From positions 1 through 64,000 of the forward strand of contig NW_003314419.1 of the NCBI RefSeq assembly GCF_000143415.4: a stretch of DNA of 64,000 nucleotides. The letters are read 5' to 3'. The translations under genes and the position numbers were made by a program. Source of the stretch: Selaginella moellendorffii (Eukaryota > Plantae > Lycopodiophyta). Positions 35,170 to 48,690 of the stretch are shown piece after piece. Under the pieces are notes generated by a model, which saw nothing but the letters and a program-made list of their open reading frames with translations, ran no database searches and was not told the origin of the DNA. Within the stretch, counting starts at the first letter, position 1, and every line of letters starts with the position of its first letter.

Positions 35170-35740
35170 GAATAGCTAGAGCCATTGAACTCCTCTATAT
35201 CAATTTATGAAGGTTCCTCCATATATTATATCACTACTTCACCTTTTTTCTTACTTGAAAGTATTTTTTAGTCTGTACTTGTATAAGTATGTGTAATTTT
35301 AATAAAATTCTATCAAATAAATCAAGTATTATTTTTCTATACATAAATTAAAATATCAAATTAACTTTATCTCAATAATTTTAACTACAACTTCATCTCA
35401 TAAAAAATTAGTTATTTTAGTAACAGTAACTAATGTAATTTGTTAGGTTCAAGTTTTATTTATATACATATTTAGAATAGCTAGAGCCATTGAACTGTAT
35501 TACATGACCTTTTTTCTTACTTGAAAGTATTTTTTAGTCTGTACTTGTATAAGTATGTGTAATTTTAATAAAATTCTATCAAATAAATCAAGTATTATTT
35601 TTCTATACATAAATTAAAATATCAAATTAACTTTATCTCAATACTTTTAACTACAACTTCATCTCATAAAAAATTAGTTATTTTAGTAACAGTAACTAAT
35701 GTAATTTGTTAGGTTCAAGTTTTATTTATATACATATTTA
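35170..35740 (+). repeat. Recent tandem duplication of ~250 bp
   Basis: ~35241-35472 repeated almost exactly at ~35508-35739. Confidence 0.8.
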
Positions 35741-38555
35741 TCCACAATATTCTACTTTCCAAGTTTACTATAATTAATTATCTACCGTATGTTTGTATTC
35801 AATAGAATGTATCTAGAAGTTAAAAGCACAACTACACACTATTTAATATTTTCATAGATTCATCACTTTGATTAGTTTTGAATATAAGTAATATTAAAGT
35901 ATAACATTTATTAGTCCAAATGACAATATTTGAAATCTTGAATTTATAAAATCAGTATGATATGTTGAGTATAGCCAGAATGAAGAGACACTATTTTATG
36001 AAGTCTAACAAGATCTACCACTCTAATTGAACGGATTTATATTGCAAAGGTACAATCATGGCAATAACTTATGCATGATGCATAAACACTAATGGTAAAG
36101 AGCTTTTGTTCCATACCATGAGTTGTTAGAAGAACATTTAGACAGTCTTGAAAAATTGCAACGTTATAATAATGATCCAAGTTGACAATTTAGAAGCCAT
36201 AATTATGGTGTAAACTCCTAAATTTGGACTTCATGGAGTTCACCCAGCACATACTACTCAAACCCAAAAACACTTTAAGCCCAAATATCCCAAAACCCTT
36301 AATCAATTGAAAAAACACATGCATTTTTATTTATAGACATTTGAATCCATATGAATCACTTCTCAAGTCATTCTCTTTTATTAATTATATATGGTAGTTT
36401 ACAAGCTTGGTATACCTTTCAACAAATATACACAAACCATCAATGAGCTCATTTATATGAACTTTGATTCCTTGGATTCAGTGGATTACTTGCTACAGTT
36501 GAGCTCTTTTCACTATAGGTGAAGGCTTCAAAAACTCATAGTAAAATTTAATAGGGTAACCAAAGTGTTTCCATCATAATTAGACCCATTCCTTTAGTGG
36601 TTGCCAAGCCTCAATCTCCAAACAATTCATCTATCCATAGGATCTTATAATAAGCATTTTTATCTTGGTAGAAGATCTAAGACGTCACTTGGCACTCTAA
36701 TTATGTTTTTTATGTTATGAGGTGTGTTATAATTATTGTCAATTGCAAATAGGATTTTTCTATAAAGATTGTCTATATAAATTATAGTTATGATTATTTA
36801 AAAATAAGGATTAAAATTACACTTTTGGAAATCCAAGTATAAACACAACAAAGTAATGGCTCAAATTGGCAAACCCTTCTCATATAGATAACTACAAGAC
36901 ACTATTCTACTCAGTAAATTGTCAGAAGAACATCTGGGCAATCTCAAGGGACTACAAGGTTGTTTTAGTGATCCAGATTGATGACATTGAAACCAAAGTG
37001 ATAGATGTTCAATCTTAGCATGCTTTTTATTGATTATCCAAAAACAATCAATATGCGGGTTAATGTAATTACAACAATTCCAAAAGGTCAAGAATGAAAT
37101 TTAAGTCTGGAGAAAAATCAGCTTACTTTTATAAAGAAATTGTAAGACAACTATAAAAGTTATATGACATTTCTAATTCTGCCACCACTAGCATTAGTGT
37201 TGTCGATGCTCCCACTGGATGTTTGGTCTAACACATACTTTATACAATAGCTGTTGATAACTAATAGATTTTCTCGTGTGAGTATTTAACTAAGATTCAG
37301 TTAGGAACACATGGGAACTGACTTGTCATGTCAAGAAAATAAATTGTCATATGTAAATGCTACTTATATGTCTATATCTCCATCTAATATTTCATATTGC
37401 ATTTCAAAAGTTAATTATACTTTTCTGGATGATGACATATCCTAGATTAGCAGTCTTGCCCAGACTGCTAAAGGTGCGAAATATCTCTTATGTGTGTTTT
37501 TATATTAAATTATTTATGTATGTTATGATTAATATGAACTTTTCAAACATAAAGATGAATATGAACTTTTAAAAATTACTAAATAACAAAAATGTACATG
37601 ACACTCCCAGTGAAGCTGGGACTTTTGCTAGTGCTCCCTTATTTCAAAGTGCTATTGGCATAAGGCATATGGCATCTTTTATTCCATTTTAAGAATATTA
37701 CTTGTGAAAATATTTATCACAAATATTGCTGGCAAACATGCATTATCTCAGTAAGTGTTCCAGGTTTATCAACCTTAAACTCATGACACTGTGTCCATGT
37801 AATTCACAGTAAAGTGGAATATGTAAAACTTCTGGAAAAAGTAGTTGTTCTTATTTCAGATCCCATGATTGAGCTTTTGGGGGTGCTTATATGTTTTACA
37901 GTCAATATAAGGAACAATATATACTGCTACCTTTCAATGGAAAACTCTTTCAGTACCCTGGAAATTCAGAGAGAGAGATGAAGAAAATATATTCTTCAAC
38001 ATCATTTACTGATAATAATGATAAATAATAAAATTTTAAGTGATGAGGAACGACATTTTTTTGGGTTCTAGCCTTTTGTATTGTGTCTAATGTTGTCTTA
38101 ATCATATTTTTCCCTGTATGTCATTATAATTATTTATATGTTTTCCATGTATCAATGTATAAAATATTAGTTTTAAAAATAGTATTATAACTTTATGATA
38201 TTTCATAACTCTTAGACTATATCTGTGCTAACCAACAACTCAATGTGATTAGATTCATTTATGAATATGTAATAAGTATCATAAGATTATTGATAAAACT
38301 AAAACTAACTTATAATATAAAATAGTTGGGGCTATTCAACTCTTCTTTTTAAGTTAAGAAATATATAATTCTCTATAGTCCTTACTTTATGTACTTTTAA
38401 CTTTATAGTATATTTTCTATTGTATCTACTATATACCATCTTTATACAATAAAATTATATAAGGTATAGCCTTAGTCACCCTAGCCTTTCTTGGCCAAAC
38501 TAGCTCCACTGAAGTTCTCCCTTTACTATGCTTTTGAAGCTCGTTAAACCCCTAG

Positions 38556-41500
38556 TGTCGCAAATGTGACTTCGGGTATCGAAAGTTACCTGTCAACCAG
38601 TCCTTACGGACACTCTTACCTTACTGCCACGATGGCAGGAGGTCGGTATTGCTGGTTCCCTTTATCGGCCCCTCTTGTTCAAGTGTTAGTTTACTGGGCT
38701 TAGCACCTATACTTAGCCAGATGGACATAAGGTAGGAACTCCTATATGTTTCTAGCTGAGCATACTCAGCCTGGCTCTTAGTTCTCTTTTGCTCTGTCTT
38801 GCACTAGCTTGACAAGAACCCTCGCATATTGAGATTGGTCCCTCAATATCGCTACATGATAGTTTACCGTGTCTGCCAAACACCCTCGCTATCATGCCCT
38901 TTGTGTTAGTCTCATTTCGGTCCCAAATGCTATTTATGGAAAGTGTCCAGATTTGCTCATTTGGCATATCTACGGAATGTAGAAATCGTTCTGAACACAA
39001 TGGTGTTCATCCCATGTCCAAATTCACAATCTAGGGACATTCCATATTTAGTAAGTTTCGAGCTTGTCCCAGAGACTAACTCCTGATACTAAGGGAGGCT
39101 TGGGGTGAAAGCCCAAAGCATGTGTTCCTCAAGGGGGGGGGGGTGGGCTATGGGGGGTTCCAAATGTATATTAGGGATAGTGGGTAGGTCGGGCATGGCC
39201 GACCAACCTGAGGCATAGTCTAGCTCCCGCTTGTGTGCCTGTCCTTGTTCTGCGTCCGGCTTGGGTCTAAGCCCAAGTTCCACACCATGCTAGCTGGTGG
39301 AGTACCCATGTCCTTGCGTTAGGCCACCGGTATGCCGAAATAGCGCCAGACTCCGTTTGGCTCCATTTTGCGTGCTGGTTCTAGCATTGGGATGCTGGTT
39401 GCTCCAGGACTGTTCCAAGTCGCTTCGGGCTCCTGTCCCTTCGCTCCTTGGGCTTTATGCTCGGGAGTTGCTCCGTGGTTCGGTTCCGTCACTCCTTGGC
39501 TCCATGCTTAGGAGTTTGGCACCGTTCCTTCGTTCAGTGGCCCAAGGCTCTGAACCTCGGGTTCCTGTGGACACGTGGCATGGACACGTGGCATGTGACA
39601 CGTGGCATCTGTCACAGGGCACAAAGAGGGTTTAGGTTCCGCTTCGTGGTGTTATCCTATGGTAAATCACCATAGGATAAAGGGTCAAAACCACGTGCGC
39701 TACATTTGGTATCAGAGGATGAGTCTCAGCGAGTACTATACAATGAGATTAGGCAACTAGTCTCGTTGCATACGCAGAGATGAAAACGATGATCCGAGTG
39801 GGTACACGTTTGGTGCAAAGGGTTCCCAATTGTTCCTTGGGTATGGATTTGGTTACCTTATTGTACTTTATGATATGAGCTTGAGCTTGGGCTCGCAAGA
39901 GGGATTGAGTTGTTCCATTCGCACGAGTTTGAGCTTGGACTCGTGAGTGAGGCACATTAGCAACTCAAGGTTACACTTTGAGTTGGCAGGATTAATGTTA
40001 GCCTATCGGTGGTTCCATAAGTTGTTCCATGTACCGTGGGTGAAAGTAAAACTTCCCTGAGTTTGCTATGAGTGGCAAATAGGCTGGTCCGTAGCTGTTT
40101 AGCACGGCACTAGTGGATCCTTCCTAAGCATGATTACAAGTGAATCAATCAAGACTTATAGGGATTAGTTTATTGGCTCAAGTAGTCATTGTAGTGCTCT
40201 CTCATAAACTTTTCTTGGATTGGATTGAAGGCAGTGCGAAAGCAAGCTTGAGGTTTAGTCAAAGATGAGACCGAAAAGAGAGTCGTCAGGGACGAAGGAT
40301 CAAACACGTAAATCATCTTCTCTTCTTGGAGAGATGATTTGCAACGAGGTGTGACTCATTGCTCGTGTTCACATTATGCAATCAAGAGTCCTTACCTTGA
40401 TGCATGTTGGAGATGATGGTCTTACAAATGGTGAGTTGTGAGATGGATAGCGGTGAAACGTTATACCATTTTGTCTAGGCTTGCTATGGAAGACTAGGGT
40501 TGCAATGCTCAATTCTTTTCTGAGGAACCTTGTTATTGCTCCTTAAGTAGCTTGGTGTTGGATTAGTTTTGAGTTTGGTCGGAAAGAGAGTGGCATGAGC
40601 TTGTCCGTGTTGTGAATAAAAGTTGGTGGTGTTAGGTGTTATAAATCTCTATCGATGGAGTGTGGCATTTATGTTGCATTTTGTTGAATCGAGTTTGCAC
40701 TTGATACTCACATAAACCTTTGAAGTAATGACATAGACATTACTCGTGGTGTTGCTCAATTGATGATCAAATCATTGTGATTTCCATATCATATCCATGT
40801 GATAATGAGCAATGTATTTACGAAGTTGCTTGGTTAAACGATGATCAACCCCAAAATGGTTGATGGTGAGGCTAGTCTACTTGCATGAAGTAGCATTGTA
40901 GTAGCTTTGACTGGATTTTCAATGGTGGTCCATTATGCTAAGTTTAAGTTACTTCCTTGTTTCCTTGAGAGTTTGCTCATTAGGTGTTGGAAAAGGGTTG
41001 TAGCATTCATTTGCTATGGCTTGTTGGTTTATCCGTTATCACTTGGAGTAGATTGTTGGATGGAAAAAGTGTGTAATTAAAGCATTGATATCGCTAGCAC
41101 TTGTGTTAGTGGAAATGGCATTGTTGATTCGAGTGATGAGGAATTTTCCTTAGAGCTTGATTTTCCATGTCATTTTTCTTGTTAGTGTTTTGGCTTCACA
41201 TTGGATCTTGAAGGTGATTGAAGAAAAGTGTTAATGCAATGTGAATATCCGAAGATGTGGTCTTCGTGATCAAGCTTTAGATATTCATTTTGTGTTCTGC
41301 GGATGTCAGAGTTGGATGTCGAAAGAATGGGCAGAAAGATGTTCGAGGCTTAAGCATACTATGGGTCATGAGAATTTGTGTTGAGGTGAGCCTATGTGAA
41401 GTTGTTAAGTAGGAGGAAGTTGGTTGAGTCTTGAAAGTTTGCATTCTTGGACTGAGAGTCATTTTTTCTCTAGGATGGAAATTTTCCACAAATTTTCTTA

Positions 41501-44500
41501 TACTTTTCTAATTGTTGATCTGTTATCATTTTGTCCGAAAACCATTCCATTTTCATAAGCTAGTATAAACTAGTGAAAGGGTTGGAGTTGACTTCGGTTG
41601 GCTTAGACCTTAGTAAGTAGTTTATATGATACAGTCTGAAAGGGATGTTGACTTCTGGGGCTAAGGCATTTAAGTTGGATAGAGTCTGGAGTTGGTATAG
41701 AAAAGTGGCCGTTGCACTTTTCTAAGAAGGGTGACCATTGTGCCTTTCTTTTGTAGCATTATGCTTGGTGGCAAGTTGCACCTTGCATTTTGTTAAGACT
41801 CTATGAGAGTAGTGAGCTCTCACTGATCTTGACTTGGTCTTGGTGGCTTTGCGCCTTGGCTGAGGATGGTGATGTTCAACTTAGTTGTTTGAGTTTGAGA
41901 TGTTGGTACCCGTACTATAGCTTTGTCTATGAAGAGGTTGTGTACTGATATGGATCCATCTCATGGTCTTCACTTTAGTTTCGGCTGAGTGTTGATCATG
42001 CATAGCTAGCCTCTTCAAGGCATGCTCAGAGCTAAATGCATTAGTGAGCTTATCGCAGTTGAGTTGGATTTGAGTGGTCATTTAGTTCATGCTTGTATAT
42101 GAACCTTTATCTCGTACTTGGGGTATTATGTTCATGTTGGACAAGTGTGTAACTCAATGGTATGAGTTAGTGTTTGGGTCTTGTGAAAGCAAGTTGAAAA
42201 AGTGATGGTTAGTTGCTTTGTGACTAATGATTGCTTGTAGACTTCGTTGAGGACTGTTTGACACTTGCTTCGCTCGATGAACATTTAGCAGTGATGGGTT
42301 TACTTTACCGGATGGTGTTGCGGAGGATCGTGTCATTTGACTTACATAGGTTTTCCATGTTGGCATGTTGACTCTACCTCTGTTGATATCATTTGGTTGC
42401 GTTTAGTTCATAGTGTTGGATTTCATTAAGTCTTGGACGTGGTGATTCACTCCTTGATGAAGTGTTATCTGTAACTGAGTTTTGCTGAAGGATTGGTCTC
42501 AGATACTGACTAAAGTATCTTCGACCTTGGTTAGTTTGGTTGCTAGAGAGCTTTAAGTGGTGATACACTCATGCTTTCTTTTAGCTTTGTTCTAGTGTTG
42601 GTGGCATTGAAGTGATGCCTTGGTGTTGACATTGTTGATGTTGGGATTTTAGTGAAATGAAATGTCTCTCCATAGGATTGATATTGAGTGTCATTAGTCT
42701 TAATGAAAATAGTGTTGATGATTTAGCTATGACTTTGTGTTATTGGCATTCGTGCATTTGCTAGTTAGCAACTGTCTTAACGTTCACATGAACTGAGTGG
42801 CAAGTTTGAGTTAGTTGTGTTCTAGACGAGATTGTTTAGTAAGGGTTAAGCTTTGGCTTTTCCTTGAAAAGTGATTCAGTCATGGATTATGCTAGCTCTA
42901 CAAGCGGAAGAGTTAGTGATTGATATTGGAAGGTTTGAATCTTTATTGGATTTGAGTTGGAATATATCGATCATTGATGATTCTTCTTATGCTTGCTATG
43001 AAGTGAATTACGTCTTGCTATAGATGGATTCATGGAGGATCATTTGGTGATCACTTGTCGAGCATAACTTTGTTATGCTTAGCTTTTGGATTGATGCAGG
43101 CATGCTCTTCATTAGCTTTACATTATGAAGTTTAGCTTATGGATGTGTTGAAGAAGATGTTGTGAGTTGCACCATAATTTCTTCTTTAGCATTGAAGTTA
43201 GTTCATGTGAGACTTATGATCATTGTTAGGAAAGACTTGGCTATAGACTTCTTCGAGCTTTTGGTTCTTTGAGTTTTATGCTCGTTGTTCCATTTGTTAA
43301 AAGTCGTTAGGGAAGGCATTTTGGCTTGTTAGCTTCGATGAAGTTAGTATTTGCATCTGGCAATCATTGGTGATGATTAATTATCATCTAAGATAGTGGA
43401 TTATCCTTGTCAAGGGTTTTGCTTGATTGTTGTTGATATAGAATGATTTGCTATTCTTCGGGGTAGTGGATTCTTTCTTAGACGATGATTATGCATCTCT
43501 TTATTGATGGGATGATTGATGATCTTTCGTGATAGTTAGTTATTCTTTTTGATAGCTTTTGGCTTTTCGCAATACCACATGTTGTTTGTGGTTTGCTCTG
43601 GATTGGTCTCTTGGGTTTGAGACATCAATAGGATGTTGCTGACACTTGCTTAGGCAACTTAAGTTCCTTAGTATTGTTGACTGGGATCTATTTGGATTGG
43701 CTCGTGTGATAGTTGACATGACCGAGTGTTTGTTGGCCATGCAACATTCATTCTATTCTGTTGATTATTGCTCGAGTTTGTTTTGATAGATTAGAATGTT
43801 ATTTCCTCCAGGTGATACATTCGCGAGCATTTTGCTTGCTTGTCAATGATACTTGGTGTTCTTTGAGTTCCCTTTTCTAAGTTGTTTGGCATTCTATCTG
43901 CAATCTTTCATCCGAATGTGACTTCGAGTATCGAAAGTTACCTGTCAACCAGTCCTTACGGACACTCTTACCTTACTGCCACGATGGCAGAAGGTCGGTA
44001 TTGCTGGTTCCCTTTATCGGCCCCTCTTGTTCAAGTGTTAGTTTACTGGGCTTAGCACCTGTACTTAGCCAGATGGACATAAGGTAGGAACTCCTATATG
44101 TTTCTAGCTGAGCATACTCGGCTTGGCTCTTAGTTCTCTTTTGCTCTGTCTTGCACTAGCTTGACAAGAACCCTCGCATATTGAGATTGGTCCCTCAATA
44201 TCGCTACATGATAGTTTACCGTGTCTGCCAAACACCCTCGCTATCATGCCCTTTGTGTTAGTCTCATTTCGGTCCCAAATGCTATTTATGGAAAGTGTCC
44301 AGATTTGCTCATTTGGCATATCTACGGAATGTAGAGATCGTTCTGAACACAATGGTGTTCGTCCCGTGTCCAAATTCACAATCTAGGGACATTCCATATT
44401 TAGTAAGTTTCGAGCTTGTCCCAGAGACTAACTCCTGATACTAAGGTGAAAGCCCAAAGCGTGTGTTCCTCAAGGGGGGGGCTGTGGGGGGTTCCAAATG

Positions 44501-45038
44501 TATAGTAGGGATAGTGGGTAGGTCGGGCATGGCTGACCAACCTGAGGCATAGTCTAGCTCCCGCTTGCGTGCCTGTCCTTGTTCTGCGTCCGGCTTGGGT
44601 CTAAGCCCAAGTTCCACACCATGCTAGCTGGTGGAGTACCCATGTCCTCGCGTTAGGCCACCGGTATGCTGAAATAGCGCCAGACTCTGTTTGGCTCCAT
44701 TTTGCGTGCTGGTTCTAGCATTGGGATGCTGGTTGCTCCAGGACTGTTCCAAGTCGCTTCGGGCTCCTGTCCCTTCGCTCCTTGGGCTTTATGCTCGGGA
44801 GTTGCTCCGTGGTTCGGTTCCGTCACTCCTTGGCTCCTTGCTTGGGAGTTTGGCACCGTTCCTTCGTTCAGTGGCCCAAGGCCCTGAACCTTGGGTTCCT
44901 GTGGACACGTGGCATGGACACGTGGCATGTGACACGTGGCATCTGTCACGTGGCACAAAGAGGGTTTAGGTTCCGCTTCGTGGTGTTATCCTATGGTAAA
45001 TCACCATAGGATAAAGGGTCAAAACCACGTGCGCTACA
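38556..45038 (+). mobile_element. Non-autonomous LTR retrotransposon (LARD-like) with ~1.15-kb LTRs
   Basis: LTRs 38556-39704 and ~43915-45038; TSD CCTAG (38551-55 and 45039-43); PBS TGGTATCAGAG 39707-39717; 4.2-kb internal region without recognisable gag/pol. Confidence 0.9.
39570..39607 (+). promoter_or_regulatory. Tandem G-box/ABRE-type motifs in LTR
   Basis: GACACGTGGCA three times; also at 44904-44955 with a fourth CACGTGGCA. Confidence 0.5.
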
Positions 45039-45557
45039 CCTAGGATCTAGGAGACAAATGCTTTGGGCTTTCACCCTCAAACTCGGACTCGGACTTGGAC
45101 TTAATTTTGGTCTTAGTCAAAGCTACTACAATGTTACTTCTTGCAAGTAGACTAACATCACTATCAACCACTTTGGGGTTGATCATTGTTTAACCAAACA
45201 ACTTCATAAACACATTACTCACAGTCACATAGATATGATTTAAGTATCATAATGAATTAATTATCAATCAAGCAATACCATGAGCAACACCTATATCACT
45301 ACTATAAAGATTTATGTGAGTACTAAATGCCATCTCAATTTCACAATTGCAACATAAATACCACACCCCACCAATAGAAATTTACAACACTTAACACCAC
45401 TAACTTTTATTCATAAGACACACAAGCTTATACCACTCTTTTTCTAATTAAACTCAAAACTAATCTAACATTAAATTACTCAAGGAGTAATAATAAGATT
45501 CCCCATAAAAGAATTAAGCATTATAACCCAAGTCTCCAATAACAAGCCTAAACAAAA

Positions 45558-46738
45558 TGACTTGATGGCCATATTGGCTCTGGCCTTCTTCGGGTAGGGA
45601 CATTCCCTCGAGAAGTGTCCCGCTTCGCCGCAGTTGTAGCATACGTTGTTTCCCACGCTGCTATACGACTTGACCTTCTTATCCGTGGTTTGTCTTTTTT
45701 CGCTTGACTCCCCCACGTACTCGCTCGCTGGCCACCGGATTTGCCTTTCCGGAACCCCGAGGACTCATTCTTAGAGAAACTCTTCTTGAATTTCCCCTTG
45801 CTATATGTTCCCCTCGGTTTGGCCCCTTTGTGAAACGTGGATCCCGACCCCGTCGTGTTCCCCTTTCGCAGGTTATCGTTGAAATGCACCTTGATGGCCA
45901 CATCCAACGCTTCCTTGTAGTTGGTCGGGTTCCAGCGCATCACCTCACCGCGAGCCCAGGTTTGCAAACTTGATATAAAGGCATGGAACGCATCCATATC
46001 TCCCATGTCTGTGACAAGTATCCTCTTTGCCATGAACCCATTCACATATTCCTGGATGGTTCCAGTCTGCTTCAGCCTACTCAGCTCATCTCTCAGATGC
46101 AGAGTGGCATTCGGAGGAACGTATGTTGCGCGGATCCTCGCCTTCATCATGTCCCAGGTGGCCACCGGTCCTTCGTTGGCCTCCGTTGTTCTCCACCAAG
46201 ACTTGGCATTATCTGCCAAGTATGGTTTTGCACATGGGACCTTCTCCGAGCTCGGTAACCGCAACGCTCGGAAGTAGTCCTCCATATCGTAAAACCAATC
46301 CTCCACCACCTTATAGTCATTCACTCCCTTGAAGACCGGTGGGGGATTTGGTTTGTACTTGGGAACTGCCTGAGGGACTGATTCCACTTCGGTCTATTCG
46401 ACCTTGTCTGGTTTTGCCTCAGTCCCTGCCGAAGGGTCCGCACCTTCTGCGCTGCCAGCATCCGCAGTCTTTCGCTTTTTCTTCCGCTTCTCGTCACGCT
46501 TTAACTTGCGTACGAGAGTCTCCAGCAGGGCATTGGTCTGTGCTAACTGTCCTTCTAGCACGTCCAATCGAGCCTTGGACAACCGAACCTCGCCACCGGA
46601 CTCCTGTTTGGAAGTTTCCTCACTAGAGTCCTCCTCATGCAAGGATTCCTCATCCATAGCCTCTTGTTCAACCGAAGGCTCCAGCTCTGGCGGAGGTTCC
46701 GTCTCCGCCTGGGTTCGCTTACGCCCTGCCCTTGCCAT
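45558..46738 (-). pseudogene. Gag of a second gypsy family (one stop, one frameshift, truncated after zinc knuckle)
   Basis: PPVFKG..AKSWW..TWDMMK..LKQTGTIQEY; CYNCGEAGHFSREC; in-frame TAG at 46394-96. Confidence 0.85.
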
Positions 46739-46781
46739 CTCCCAGCAATCCGCCTCTATCCTTCGCTAGAACTGAGGAAAA

Positions 46782-48410
46782 GGCTCTGATACCAAATTGT
46801 AAGCCACAAATTTTTCCTTTCCAATTTGCCAACTTACCTCGTCTATCCGTCCAACACCGCCTTGGCTTTTGCTAAGTTCCCTTGCCAAGGTTCTCGCCTA
46901 TGGTACCAGCTCCTACTTGGTCTCAGCTACTCACTGCACGAGCAACGGAGTGTTAGCCATCCATCCACGGATTCCCAAATCACTCCCAATCCCCTCCCCG
47001 GGTTAGACTGGACTTAAGGTTCGGCTACACTCCCCGCAAGCACAAGCAGCCAAGCACACCAAGCTTCCAGGTTCCTAACATCCTTTGGTACCACAAGACT
47101 TGATCATGGGACCCTCTAAATCCCAAGTCTTGAGTGCAACACTTGCTTCGGGACGCCGGGGCGAAACACCGTGGCCTAGCGGCCCGGTATGGGTACCTCT
47201 CACCCCCCACTTCCATCCCGAAGGAAGGCCCAAGCCCCTAGGAAGGGCGAGGACCAATGAGCCGCATGGTACTCAAGTGGGGCACCACTCCACATGAGCC
47301 GGGAGCACCGCAATCGGTTTCCTTTTCGGGAGTGGGAGCTGCTCTTGAGCACTTCCTTGGATGGCCCCTCCGGCACCAACCAAGTCCATGCTCACTCCCA
47401 CCCAAGGCCCCTCGGTCCCAGTCCCAACCTCAAGTCAGTTTGGGAGCCCCACTGGAGAGTCCCTTCTAAACTGGTTCCTGGACCTCACTATCCCTACTAT
47501 ACTTTTGGAACCCCCTGCAGCCCCCCCCCCCTGGGAGACGCACGCTTTGGGCTTTCACCCCTTGACCCATATTAGTATTTGGACTTAGTCTCTGGCTCGA
47601 TCTCGGACTCGATTTCGGATCCGACTTCGGATTCGGTTTCGGACTCGATCTCGGATTCGATCTTGGACCCGATCTCGGACCCGATCTTGGACCCGATCTC
47701 GGACCCGACCTCGGACTCGGTCTCGGACCCGATTTCGGATCTCGGACTCCGTCTCGAACTCGGTCTCGAACTCGGACTCGAACTCGGTCCCCGAGTCGGT
47801 CTCGGACTCGATTCCGGACTCGATCTCGAACTCGGTCCTAGAGTCGGTCTTGGACTCGATCTTCGACTTGGTCCCATCTGATGAACTCTTTGTCATTTTG
47901 GTCATGCTTTCGGGGTTCCTTTAGCCTACGACACCTCGGCGAGTTGGTTCCTTACACCATTGACATATCAACCCATTACGCTAAGGCCATGTCTATTCAC
48001 CTTTGTCACACTGGTGATTTAACACCACCTACATCACAGTCCCATCTCTCAAAGACTGGGCCATCTGTCCATGAGTGGTCATCCCAGATCCACTCCTTAG
48101 CATAATTAGGATGTCTGTAGACATGGGGAATAACCTTCCCCAATATCCTTTTTTCAGTCCCCACCAAGTACCTTTTTGTCCATGGCTGTGTTCACCAACA
48201 CTGCCACTGGATCAAAGCCCACAGGTCCAACCACTAAGTCCCTTTGTTCTCTGGGACTTCCTCACCATGTGACTGCATCCTTGGTCACTACATTAGAGGA
48301 TTGCTCCTCTTCCTTTCCACCATTTAGGATTTTGGGACAACAATTTGGAACACCATGGTCTTACATGAGCCTCATGGATACTCTCCCCACCTTCCACCTT
48401 TGGGTGCTCT
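46782..48410 (-). mobile_element. PBS and 5' LTR region of the second gypsy family (outer boundary uncertain)
   Basis: Minus strand ...GGCTTACA (ends at 46798), ATT, TGGTATCAGAGCC (46794-46782). Confidence 0.65.
47579..47875. repeat. 6-bp-period minisatellite (YTCGRN units)
   Basis: ctcgga/ctcgaa/cccgat arrays; decayed relatives at ~45081-45101 and ~51425-51520. Confidence 0.85.
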
Positions 48411-48529
48411 GACTAGGAAGGATCTATTAGTGTTATGCTAAATAGCTATGGACTAGCCTATTAGCCACTTATAGGAAACCCAATTTACTTTTACCTATGG
48501 TAACATGGAACAACTCATGGTAACTAATG

Positions 48530-48690
48530 TGTAGTGCACTTTATTTCTCTCCCCTTAAGCCAACTGAAAAAAGGGCAATTGCTTGATGAGAGAGCCCTTA
48601 GTAGCTATTTTATTCCCATTTATCCCCAAGGTTCCAAGGATCCATGGTGACAGTATATTCAAATCTCATCCTATGATCACATGCGCTATA
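48530..48690. mobile_element. 161-bp solo mini-LTR-like insertion
   Basis: TGTAGTGCAC...ATGCGCTATA termini; flanks TAATG and CAATG; absent from the homologous position (~40005) of the intact element. Confidence 0.6.

Larger units (their letters stand above)
31727..37631 (+). mobile_element. Probable non-autonomous Helitron unit with captured fragments
   Basis: Starts right after the previous 3' end with a TATATTTAAA head; ends CCCAGTGAAGCTGGG...CTAG|T at 37606-37631. Confidence 0.5.

Noticed and set aside
47572-47905. Ser/Asp/Glu/Arg-rich ORFs on both strands
   Set aside because: By-products of a 6-bp-period minisatellite; the same applies at 51253-51616
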